Positions 30,835-38,945 of a stretch of 64,000 nucleotides of DNA are shown here, one piece after another (the first letter of the stretch is position 1; each line of letters opens with the position of its first letter). Origin of the DNA: an uncultured Gemmatimonadota bacterium (GTDB taxonomy: Bacteria > JAAXHH01); assembly GCA_951812955.1 (NCBI GenBank), contig OX638340.1, forward strand, positions 448,001 to 512,000. The letters are read 5' to 3'. Under the pieces are notes generated by a model that made no database searches, had not been told where the DNA came from, and saw only the letters and a list, made by a program, of their open reading frames with translations. Position numbers and translations under genes: made by a program.

Positions 30835-31653
30835 CTACAGCTGTTCCATCAGGTTACGGACGAACCGCAGGTCCGAACGGGCGAGATCGACGACCGTGTC
30901 CACGGGTTCTCCCCCATATTCACTATGCATGGTGACGGGCCCGTCGAATCCCTGGGCCTTCAGCGTGGCAAGGGTCGTTTTCCAGTCTCCGAATCCCGTA
31001 CCAAGACGGACCACGTCGACCTCCCACCGCCTCTCGCCGTCCCGGATCCGCTGCACACGTGCGAGGTCCTTGAAGGACATGACGGAAAGGTATTCCCTGA
31101 CGATGTTGAGCGCCATGTCGATCGGCTCCCCGCAGATGGACAGGTGTCCCACGTCCGCGAATACGCCGACGTGTGCGGGATCGAATCCCTGTACCACGTG
31201 CATGACTGCGGACGAATTCAGGCCCATGGAGTGCCCCGAATGGTTGTGTACGACCGTCTTTACACCCGTTTTCTCCGATAGGCGTTGAAATCCGTCCAGT
31301 TCCTTCCGCGCACGGTCCAGTTCCGTCCAGTAATCCGACCCCGGCGACCAGTGCCAGTACCCCAGCTTGATGTGCTTTACTCCGTTCTCGCCGCAGGCCT
31401 GGTAGTATTTCTCCGCGTAATCCAGCGTGGCCGTGGTGAAATCCCCCGGCGCGGTCACCAGTGGAATGGAAAGTCCAGCGTCTGAAAGCACCCGCGCGGC
31501 TTTCGGAAGGGCCCGGTCTATGTTGCCGGGATTCACCGGATAGCCGTCGCGCACGCACAGATCGGCGCCGGAAACGCCCACGCTCTGGACTTTCTCCGCT
31601 ATTTCCGATATAGTCAGGCCCTCGAGATGCTTTGTGAACATGATGAACTGCAT
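30835..31653 (-). CDS. Sugar phosphate isomerase/epimerase (xylose isomerase-like TIM barrel)
   Basis: 272 aa. AP-endonuclease-2/xylose-isomerase-like TIM-barrel pattern (HNHSGHSMG..., E/D metal ligands). Confidence 0.85.
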   Translation of the reverse strand: MQFIMFTKHLEGLTISEIAEKVQSVGVSGADLCVRDGYPVNPGNIDRALPKAARVLSDAGLSIPLVTAPGDFTTATLDYAEKYYQACGENGVKHIKLGYWHWSPGSDYWTELDRARKELDGFQRLSEKTGVKTVVHNHSGHSMGLNSSAVMHVVQGFDPAHVGVFADVGHLSICGEPIDMALNIVREYLSVMSFKDLARVQRIRDGERRWEVDVVRLGTGFGDWKTTLATLKAQGFDGPVTMHSEYGGEPVDTVVDLARSDLRFVRNLMEQL

Positions 31654-31784
31654 TAGTTAATTCCTCCATGAGTTTAGATGCGGGCAAAGTGAGGGACCCC
31701 CGGAAGGTGTCACGCCGCATGGATGAATCGGTACTCGAATGAAAGACGCTGATCGACTCCAATGTTCATTAACCTGCCGTGTAC

Positions 31785-33770
31785 TCAATACGATTCCCAT
31801 CGATGGGGTTGGTCCGGGAACCAGGCCAGGTCGACCCCCATGGCGACAAGTTGCCAGAACAGATAAGCGAGCAGGACGCCAATAAACATCCGTCGGACCT
31901 TCTGGTAAAGTGCCGGACCTCCAATGCGGAATACGATGGTCTGGACCAGCCACGCCAGGAAAATCGGCAAAAACGCGCTTCGCACCGGGGCGGACATGAC
32001 GACCACCATGCCTATGGGATGGAGCGGCCACCACGGCAGGAGAATCCTTCCGGCCAGGAGCACGAACATCATTACAACGCCGCTCCCGAAAAACAGTACT
32101 TCGAGTTCATTGATCCGGGTCGCGTTGTTGACCCAGGTCACGATCAGATCGTAAAACTGGTTGCCCCGCGAGGTGCCCAGGTCGGTCCGCAGGCTCTGGG
32201 CACCGTAAGTGTTTCCGGCGTAGATCAGATATCCGATGGAAGCCGTGGCACTCAGGCAGAACGCCGCGGCCACGCTGGCGAAGAGGTGCTTTGCGGAGGG
32301 CTGCCGGCGGGAAACTCCATTCTCTGTTTTGTTAATGTACTGTGCCTGCATGCGCTGCCGCCACTGTGATTTGAGCCAGGCCACGTGGGATGTGCCAATC
32401 ATGGTGAAGGTGCGCCAGTTGCGCGCGAACCCGTTGGCCATGCCCAGTGTCGTCAAATCGCCGTGGCTGATCTGGGACGAACCGACGATGGCGATGGAGA
32501 ACTGGTGGCTGTTGATGGGCAGATCGAGCGTCACCACGCCCGTTTCGGCCACCACGCGCGCCATGGCGATATAGAAGATGAAGAGGAGCGTGATGAACAG
32601 GGCCATGATCGGCAGGGACAGACCGGCGGCGTACAGCCAGCACACGATGAAGGACATGCCAAGCAGGAATCCGAAGACGGCGGTCCGATAGGAGAACAGC
32701 TCTTCGGCGTCATCCAGCCGGCTGTTTCGGCCCAGCGCGTGCCGCCAGACTTCTTTCAGATGCCTACGGGCCATCCAGAGACCGAAGAGGACGAAGGTCA
32801 CCAGCCCGGCGATCGACTGGATACCTGCCAGGCCCCCGTGGATGATGGTTCCGGAGGTGGAACCGATGCCGACCATGTTGAGCGTACCCTCCTGGAGCAC
32901 GTAAAAGACCAGGAAGAACCACATGCTGAACAGGACGTCCCGGTTTACGAAGATCAGCAGGCAGAAGACGAAAACGTTCATCTGAAAGTTGAGCCCGGGA
33001 AAAGCGGGATCGAGGGTAAGAACCTGGGAATTCTCCGCCATGATTGGGAACGGGGGCCACGCACCCCAGAATGAGATGATGTTACAGATCATGAAAAGCG
33101 ACATGACCACCGCACCGGACAGGGTCCAGCGGCTGATGCCGTCTGACTTTCCTTCGCCCAGTGAGATCAGGTGCAGGCCCACTTCTCCCAGGGGAAACTG
33201 GAGGCGTTCGTGTTCGACCCACTGTTTCCTGAGCATTACTACAATGCACGCGCCGACAAAAAGCAGGACTAGAATGAAGGAACCCCACCAGAACAGAGGG
33301 GACAGCCAGGCGCCCCAGGGGATGGACTGGCCGGACTGAAGTCCTTCGTAGAACACCCTTACCGCTGCCCGGTCACTGAGGACCAGCCATTCTGGCAGAT
33401 AAGGAAAGAAGATGGATTCCCAGGCATTTTCCGGTGAAGCGAAGTAGAACGGCGCGGTGATCACGACGAGCAGGTACTTGGTCATGGCCTGGTCGGGCAC
33501 CGTGGAGGCGATCCAGCCCATGGCGAAGATGACGATCATTTCATAGAAAGAAAGGGCCCAGGCGGGACGTATCCGACCGATTAAAACGTTGGGCAGCAGT
33601 ACGCAGAACAGGAACGGGACGAGGAACACCGGTGGGAGATGGGTCGCTGCCGGTTCGATTCCGATCTGGTTGGCGGCGTATTCTCCCGTGAAACCGATGA
33701 ATATCGAAAGCGCGGCCCCGATGAGGACCGCGCGGAAGGATCGGATATACTGAAGTATAATCGTTGTCAT
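31785..33770 (-). CDS. Large polytopic membrane protein of an unrecognised family (paralog of 60949..62931)
   Basis: 661 aa with at least 14 hydrophobic segments. It shares FYFASPENAWE, LRKQWVEHERLQFPL, FGLWMARRH, ELFSYRTAV, RVVAETG, LDLPINS, TRNWRT, WPLHPIG and LYQKVRRMFIGVLLAYL with the second copy. Confidence 0.8.
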   Translation of the reverse strand: MTTIILQYIRSFRAVLIGAALSIFIGFTGEYAANQIGIEPAATHLPPVFLVPFLFCVLLPNVLIGRIRPAWALSFYEMIVIFAMGWIASTVPDQAMTKYLLVVITAPFYFASPENAWESIFFPYLPEWLVLSDRAAVRVFYEGLQSGQSIPWGAWLSPLFWWGSFILVLLFVGACIVVMLRKQWVEHERLQFPLGEVGLHLISLGEGKSDGISRWTLSGAVVMSLFMICNIISFWGAWPPFPIMAENSQVLTLDPAFPGLNFQMNVFVFCLLIFVNRDVLFSMWFFLVFYVLQEGTLNMVGIGSTSGTIIHGGLAGIQSIAGLVTFVLFGLWMARRHLKEVWRHALGRNSRLDDAEELFSYRTAVFGFLLGMSFIVCWLYAAGLSLPIMALFITLLFIFYIAMARVVAETGVVTLDLPINSHQFSIAIVGSSQISHGDLTTLGMANGFARNWRTFTMIGTSHVAWLKSQWRQRMQAQYINKTENGVSRRQPSAKHLFASVAAAFCLSATASIGYLIYAGNTYGAQSLRTDLGTSRGNQFYDLIVTWVNNATRINELEVLFFGSGVVMMFVLLAGRILLPWWPLHPIGMVVVMSAPVRSAFLPIFLAWLVQTIVFRIGGPALYQKVRRMFIGVLLAYLFWQLVAMGVDLAWFPDQPHRWESY

Positions 33771-33889
33771 TGGACGGCTAAGGGAACCGGATCATGTCCA
33801 TAGTACCTGGGCTGCGCGATCAGGACCACGCGGTCAGGTCCACGTGGTCAGATCCACACGGTCAATCGCAATCGGTCAGTTGCAGACAA

Positions 33890-35296
33890 TCAGGACCACA
33901 CGGTCAGCCCCATGACGAGATATACGACACCTGTGAGCACGGCGGCGATCATCGCATAAGGGATCTGCGTTCTGACGTGATCGATATGGTCGGATGCGGC
34001 GCCTGTCGAGGCGAGGATGGAGGTGTCAGAGAGCGGAGAGCAGTGATCGCCGAAGACCCCGCCGCCGGCCACGGCCGCTATGGTCGCGTATACGATGTCG
34101 GTCAATACGTCCCCCGAATATACCAGGGCCACGGGCACCGCGATCGGCAGCATGATGGCAAAGGTACCCCAGGAAGTTCCGGTGGAAAAGGCCATCACGG
34201 CCGCCAGCACGTAGGCGCACAAGGGGAGCATGGACGGGGTGAGGAAATCCCTCGAAATCGATACCATGTAGTCGGCCGTGCCCATGTCTTTGCTCAGCTG
34301 GTTGATGGTATAGGCGAAAGCCAGGATCATAATGGCCGGCATGATCCCCTTGATACCCGTCATCGCCGTGTCCATGATGTCGTTTAGCTGAATGCCCTGT
34401 ATACGAATCGAAATACCCAGGAAAATCACGACGGCGAGATAGGCTTCGAGCGTCTTCGCGGACCCGGTTAGAATGAACGAGCCCAGGACGATGACGATAA
34501 TCAGGATGACCGGCAGGATGAAGTTCAGGAACAGGCGCGGCTTGATTTCCGGGAACATCGGGGTCTCGGTCAGTTCCCGTCCGATGAGCGGTACCGCCCC
34601 GTCTCTGAGCACCTTGCCTTCCTTCAAAGCCCTGCGTTCCGCTTTCTTCATGGGACCGAATTCGGGGACCAGCCCGGCGGAGAACAGACCGACCAGAATT
34701 ACCGCCGCGAAGGCATAGATATTGTAGGGAATGGAATGTATGAAGGCGTTCAACGCATCGCCGGGATTGGCTATGGGGCCCATGCCGATGGTGAGTCCCG
34801 ATATGTAGATCGCCCATCCCGTGAAGGGCATGAGCACGATGACCGGGGCCGAGGTGGAGTCTGCGATATAGGCCAGCTTCTCCCTGGAAATCCGCGCCTT
34901 GTCGGCCAGGCTCCGCATCGTGGTCCCGACGAACAACGGGCTGAAGTAATCGCTGAAGAAGACGAACATGCCCAGCACCCACGTCCAGAGCTGCACGCCC
35001 TTGCGCGACAGCTGTCGGTACGCCACCCACTGGGTAAACGTCTGGATGGCGCCGGTTCGGATGAAAAAGGCGATCATGATCCCGATGCAGATCTCGAGAA
35101 GGAATACCCAGGAGAAACTGGTGTTTCCGATCGCGTTGATCATCAACTCGGAAAACCCCAGGGGACCCTGACCCGATATCAGGACGCCGACCAGGCAGGC
35201 CACCGCCAGGGAATACACGGCGTTCCGGGTCGTGAAGGCCAGCACGATGGCAAGGGCCGGTGGCACGATGGAGAGGATGCCGAGGTTTGTTTCCAT
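33890..35296 (-). CDS. Na+/H+ antiporter NhaC family transporter
   Basis: 468 aa, multi-TM, with NhaC-family conserved regions (YIADSTSAPVIVLMPFTGWAIY; FSTGTSWGTFAIMLPIAVP). Confidence 0.85.
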   Translation of the reverse strand: METNLGILSIVPPALAIVLAFTTRNAVYSLAVACLVGVLISGQGPLGFSELMINAIGNTSFSWVFLLEICIGIMIAFFIRTGAIQTFTQWVAYRQLSRKGVQLWTWVLGMFVFFSDYFSPLFVGTTMRSLADKARISREKLAYIADSTSAPVIVLMPFTGWAIYISGLTIGMGPIANPGDALNAFIHSIPYNIYAFAAVILVGLFSAGLVPEFGPMKKAERRALKEGKVLRDGAVPLIGRELTETPMFPEIKPRLFLNFILPVILIIVIVLGSFILTGSAKTLEAYLAVVIFLGISIRIQGIQLNDIMDTAMTGIKGIMPAIMILAFAYTINQLSKDMGTADYMVSISRDFLTPSMLPLCAYVLAAVMAFSTGTSWGTFAIMLPIAVPVALVYSGDVLTDIVYATIAAVAGGGVFGDHCSPLSDTSILASTGAASDHIDHVRTQIPYAMIAAVLTGVVYLVMGLTVWS

Positions 35297-35467
35297 GCTG
35301 GTTCCGGGAATCAGGTACTGGACAGGATTTCAACTAAGAAACATCTATCGGGTTCCTCAGGCAACAACCTATATTGTCGGGGACAATGAGAATCTGGCAC
35401 ACTGAGTTGAGATTTCTGCCATCTACCACGTTTTGATCGGCGAGAGCACCCCCGAGGCCCTGAATCC

Positions 35468-36265
35468 ATGGAACACCTCAGCTACATGCTGATCGATCCC
35501 CCAGCTCGATGGGGCGGGAGTATCGACGATACCTTCGGTTTCATAAGAAACAGCGGATATACCGGCGTGGAACTTAACCTCACACCGGAACTGGTGAGCC
35601 GGCTGGATGAAATCGAACGCGCTGCCCGCGGAAATCAACTGCGCGTTGTTTCCCTGCTCACGGGTGTGGCATACGAGGACGGGCTCTGTCTCAGCTCCCC
35701 AGATGAATCAATCCGCGAAATGACCGTCGCCCGTCTGGTGGAGAACCTGGAGACCGCGGAACGGTTCAACGCCATACTCGTGGTCGGATTGCTTCAGGGA
35801 CTGCGGTCCGATGAACCGGACCCGGATGTCGCCAACGAACGGATCGTCTCCTGCCTGCAGCTTGTTGGAAGGGAAGCGGAATCGAAAAGTATAGACATTG
35901 TGATCGAGCCGGTAAACCACCTTCAAGTGGGGTTCAATCACAGCGTGGGCGAGGTCCGTAAACTGATCCGCACCATCGGGTCGAGCGCTTTTCATCCCAT
36001 GGTCGATACGATTCACATGAATATCGAAGAGACCTCTCTCGTCAAGCCGATCCAAGACTGCGGCGCCAGTCTCAGGCACGTGCATCTCTGTGAAAGCCAC
36101 GGCGGCCTGCCGGGAACCGGCCGAATCGACTTCGCGGAAGTACTCCATGCCCTGAAAGGCATAAACTATCCGCATTTTGCATCGGTGAAGGTCTACCGAA
36201 AGGCCGGGTTGCGGGAAGCGGTGGAGCGGAGTATGGCTTACTTCAGGGGCTTGCGGTCGGGATAG
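35468..36265 (+). CDS. Sugar phosphate isomerase/epimerase (xylose isomerase-like TIM barrel)
   Basis: 265 aa with a xylose-isomerase-like TIM-barrel pattern (IVIEPVNH, HVHLCESHGG). Confidence 0.85.
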   Translation: MEHLSYMLIDPPARWGGSIDDTFGFIRNSGYTGVELNLTPELVSRLDEIERAARGNQLRVVSLLTGVAYEDGLCLSSPDESIREMTVARLVENLETAERFNAILVVGLLQGLRSDEPDPDVANERIVSCLQLVGREAESKSIDIVIEPVNHLQVGFNHSVGEVRKLIRTIGSSAFHPMVDTIHMNIEETSLVKPIQDCGASLRHVHLCESHGGLPGTGRIDFAEVLHALKGINYPHFASVKVYRKAGLREAVERSMAYFRGLRSG

Positions 36266-36393
36266 GCTTGCTGCCAGTGGCTTGCGGTCGGGATAGGCTT
36301 GCTGCCGGTGAATCGGGATAGGTGGGCCTCTCCGTAAGGGCCATTTCGGCTTTTGTGGATGACACGTCTTCAGGGCCATTCCGGCTTTTGCGG
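36248..36393. repeat. Two short tandem direct-repeat blocks at the junction of convergent genes
   Basis: A 31-nt unit ggcttgcggtcgggataggcttgctgcc(a/g)gtg in about 2.4 copies (36248..36322), overlapping the stop of the upstream gene. Then gggccatt(t/c)cggcttttg(t/c)gg twice, 35 nt apart (36338..36393). Confidence 0.6.
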
Positions 36394-37386
36394 GTGGCCG
36401 GTGCGGATGGATGCCAACCCCGCTTCGCATACCGCCACGACGCGCGCGCCGATTCGTGCCGGGATCGGGTTTTCCATTTTTCCGTCGAGCGTGTCCAGGA
36501 AGTCCACGACGGACCGGCCCCAGCCATGGCCGCCCACGGCGGCATCGTCCGAGGCATTGGGTAGTACGATCGGTTCCTTCCCGCGGCGGTACAGCTTGCC
36601 ATTCCATAGCGTCCCCTCGGTGCCATAGACGGCCAGCATGCCGCCTCCCATGCCTTCCCCCGAGCAGCCGCTGGTGACGAAAACCTTTCCGAGCACCCCG
36701 TTCTCGAATTTCAGCATGACGATATAGCAGTCGTCCGAGGGAAACTCGGGCACGCTCAGTTTGCTGCTGTAGGCGAAGACCTCGCCGACGGGCGAATCGA
36801 CTGTGGACAGGATGTTGTCTATGGGATGGCAGCCGCCGCCCAGGAGTATGTTCTGCGGGTTATCCCGGTCGATCCGCCACGGCGTGTGGCCCCGCCCGCC
36901 CGGATGGTAGATAGACCACATGTCGTGGATATAGTCGCCCTGGACAAAAAACACGTCGCCGATCTCACCCGATCGGGCTGCCATGGACATTTCCCGCCAG
37001 GGGTACATGTACCGGATAGTATGATCCGTCATCACCGTCCGGCCCGTCCGGTCGGCGGCGTCGATGATGCGGTGTGCGTCGGCGACGGTCGTGGCCAACG
37101 GCTTCTCCACGAGGGCGTGGGCGCCGAGTTCCAGCGCCATGACGGTCTGATCGGCGTGCAGGTGGTCCGGTCCGGCCACGGCGACGATGTCCGGCCGTGT
37201 TCTAGAGATCAATGTCCGAAGGTCGTCACCGGTAGCGGCATCGCGATAGAGCGACCTGGCCGCTGCAAGTTTCGCCTCGATGGGGTCGAAGAGGGCGGTA
37301 ACTCGGGCGCGGCCGCTTTGCTCGGCCACGTGCGCCACGTATTTGCCGGCGCTGCCGCAACCGCTCAGAAGTAAGGAATAGGACAT
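36370..37386 (-). CDS. Gfo/Idh/MocA family oxidoreductase
   Basis: 338 aa. N-terminal Rossmann region, an EKPLA motif, and the C-terminal GFO_IDH_MocA domain. Confidence 0.9.
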   Translation of the reverse strand: MSYSLLLSGCGSAGKYVAHVAEQSGRARVTALFDPIEAKLAAARSLYRDAATGDDLRTLISRTRPDIVAVAGPDHLHADQTVMALELGAHALVEKPLATTVADAHRIIDAADRTGRTVMTDHTIRYMYPWREMSMAARSGEIGDVFFVQGDYIHDMWSIYHPGGRGHTPWRIDRDNPQNILLGGGCHPIDNILSTVDSPVGEVFAYSSKLSVPEFPSDDCYIVMLKFENGVLGKVFVTSGCSGEGMGGGMLAVYGTEGTLWNGKLYRRGKEPIVLPNASDDAAVGGHGWGRSVVDFLDTLDGKMENPIPARIGARVVAVCEAGLASIRTGHPQKPEWP

Positions 37387-37413
37387 GTCAGTTATGGCCT
37401 CAACGAGCCGCGG

Positions 37414-38748
37414 TCACTTCATCTGCTCCAGCCTGGTCCGGTACTTGTCATACAGGTCGGTGTGCTTGCTGCTGATATCGACCGGCCGGCCCTGGATGAA
37501 GGCCCGTTCCACCTGGGTCATGATCTCGAGGGGGTCCCCGTCGGTCACGATCAGGGTGGCGTCCTTGCCCGTCTCCAGGGAACCGAGCCTGTCTTCCACC
37601 CCGAGGATACGCGCCGGATAGAGGGTGACGGATTTCAACGCCTCTTCCCTGGGCAGGCCGTAGGCCGCCGCGGTCGCGGCGTGGTAGGGCAGGTTCCGTA
37701 CGTTCGAACCGCCGCCGCCTTCGAGCCATACCCTGCGCTCGCCGATGCAGAAATCCAGGCCGGCTTCATAGAGTTTCAGGGCATTGGTGAACGGCGCGTC
37801 ATAGGCTTCCCAACGGCGAGCGGGCAGGTAATGCACGGCGCCGATGATCACAGGGATCGCGTTTTCCTTCAAGCGGTCCGCCACCCGCCATACGTCCGCC
37901 CCGCCGACCAGGACGATCTTGAGATCTTCGGCGAGGGCCCAGTCGATGGCGGCGTGGATCTGTTTTACTTCAGATGCGTGTACGAGAACGGGAAGTTCTT
38001 TCTTAAGCACCGGGATCATCGACTCCCAGCCGAGGTCGGAGGGATGAAACGGCCCGCCGGTGCGTTCGGCCTCCTTGGCGATCATGTATGCCCTGGCTTC
38101 GCGAAAGGCGTCGCGAAGTCTGGTAAGGGCTTCCCTGCGCGCTTCGACCTGCTTCTCCCGGCTGTCCGCACCGGGAAAATCGAATATGCGGTAGGATGGC
38201 CAGCGTACGTGAAGTCCCACCGTCGATTGCAGCGTCATTTCCTCAGTGGTCCAGCCATCCAGCGCGATAAGGCCGGAAAGCCCAGAGATCAGGCCGCCAC
38301 TGGGCATGGTCAGGGCGGTCAGTATCCCGTTCGCACGGGCAACAGGGAAGTACTCGCTGTCGGGATTCACGGCGGTAACCGCGCGGACGCTCGGGGTAAC
38401 GTCCCCGATTTCCACGTTGTCCTGGGTCGCCCGCACCGAGCTGATCTCGGTCAGTCCCAGGGTCGTCGGCGCGGCGATCAGCCCGGGATACACATGTTTC
38501 CCCGTAACGTCGATGACCAGCGTGTTTTCGGGCAGGGCCAGATCGGTCCCGATACCTGTTATAACGCCGGCATCAAAGAGCACCGTGGCGCCTTCGAGGA
38601 CAGCGCCGCTCACCGTATGCACGGTTCCGCCAGTCAGGGCGATGGGACGAGCCTGCGGCCCGGACGGTTTCTGCTTGGAAGCAGCCGCCTCGTGGACCAT
38701 GGGACCGGATGCGAGACCAGCAATCAACAATACAGCCATCGTTCGCAT
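37414..38748 (-). CDS. Amidohydrolase family protein (secreted metal-dependent hydrolase)
   Basis: Amidohydrolase fold motifs (GKHVYPGLIAAPTTLGL; the C-terminal D-loop region GKDATLIVTDGDPLE). The true start is uncertain because the 5' end holds a 36-bp tandem triplication with three in-frame ATGs (38748, 38784, 38820). The track ORF extends to 38892. Confidence 0.75.
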   Translation of the reverse strand: MRTMAVLLIAGLASGPMVHEAAASKQKPSGPQARPIALTGGTVHTVSGAVLEGATVLFDAGVITGIGTDLALPENTLVIDVTGKHVYPGLIAAPTTLGLTEISSVRATQDNVEIGDVTPSVRAVTAVNPDSEYFPVARANGILTALTMPSGGLISGLSGLIALDGWTTEEMTLQSTVGLHVRWPSYRIFDFPGADSREKQVEARREALTRLRDAFREARAYMIAKEAERTGGPFHPSDLGWESMIPVLKKELPVLVHASEVKQIHAAIDWALAEDLKIVLVGGADVWRVADRLKENAIPVIIGAVHYLPARRWEAYDAPFTNALKLYEAGLDFCIGERRVWLEGGGGSNVRNLPYHAATAAAYGLPREEALKSVTLYPARILGVEDRLGSLETGKDATLIVTDGDPLEIMTQVERAFIQGRPVDISSKHTDLYDKYRTRLEQMK

Positions 38749-38838
38749 CCAACAAGCGCCTGCGAGTACAGCCATTGTCCGCCTCCAACAAGCGCCTGCG
38801 AGTACAGCCATCGTTCGATTCCAACAGGCGCTGGAAGA
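38731..38838. repeat. 36-bp tandem triplication within the 5' coding end of the amidohydrolase gene
   Basis: Three 36-nt units (tacagccatcgttcgcatccaacaagcgcctgcgag and two near-identical copies). They encode RTMAVLAGACW(R/M) three times, each with an in-frame ATG. Confidence 0.8.
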
Positions 38839-38900
38839 CTTCGCCGAACGCCGCGTCCCCTGGATTGTCCGGGGCAATATCACCATCTCCAACCTCCATT

Positions 38901-38940
38901 CGCCGGGAAACCGGCCTGTCCGCCGGGAAACCGGCCTGTC
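38901..38940. repeat. Perfect 20-nt tandem duplication, each copy forming a 5-bp stem with a GAAA/UUUC tetraloop, between two amidohydrolase genes
   Basis: cgccgggaaaccggcctgtc appears twice. GCCGG-GAAA-CCGGC is a perfect hairpin. It lies immediately downstream of the stop at 38946. Confidence 0.7.
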
Positions 38941-38945
38941 CGGTC

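Noticed and set aside
34026-35333. 435-aa minus-strand ORF overlapping the NhaC gene in another frame
   Set aside because: Arg/Gly/His-rich alternative frame. The NhaC frame has coherent TM helices.
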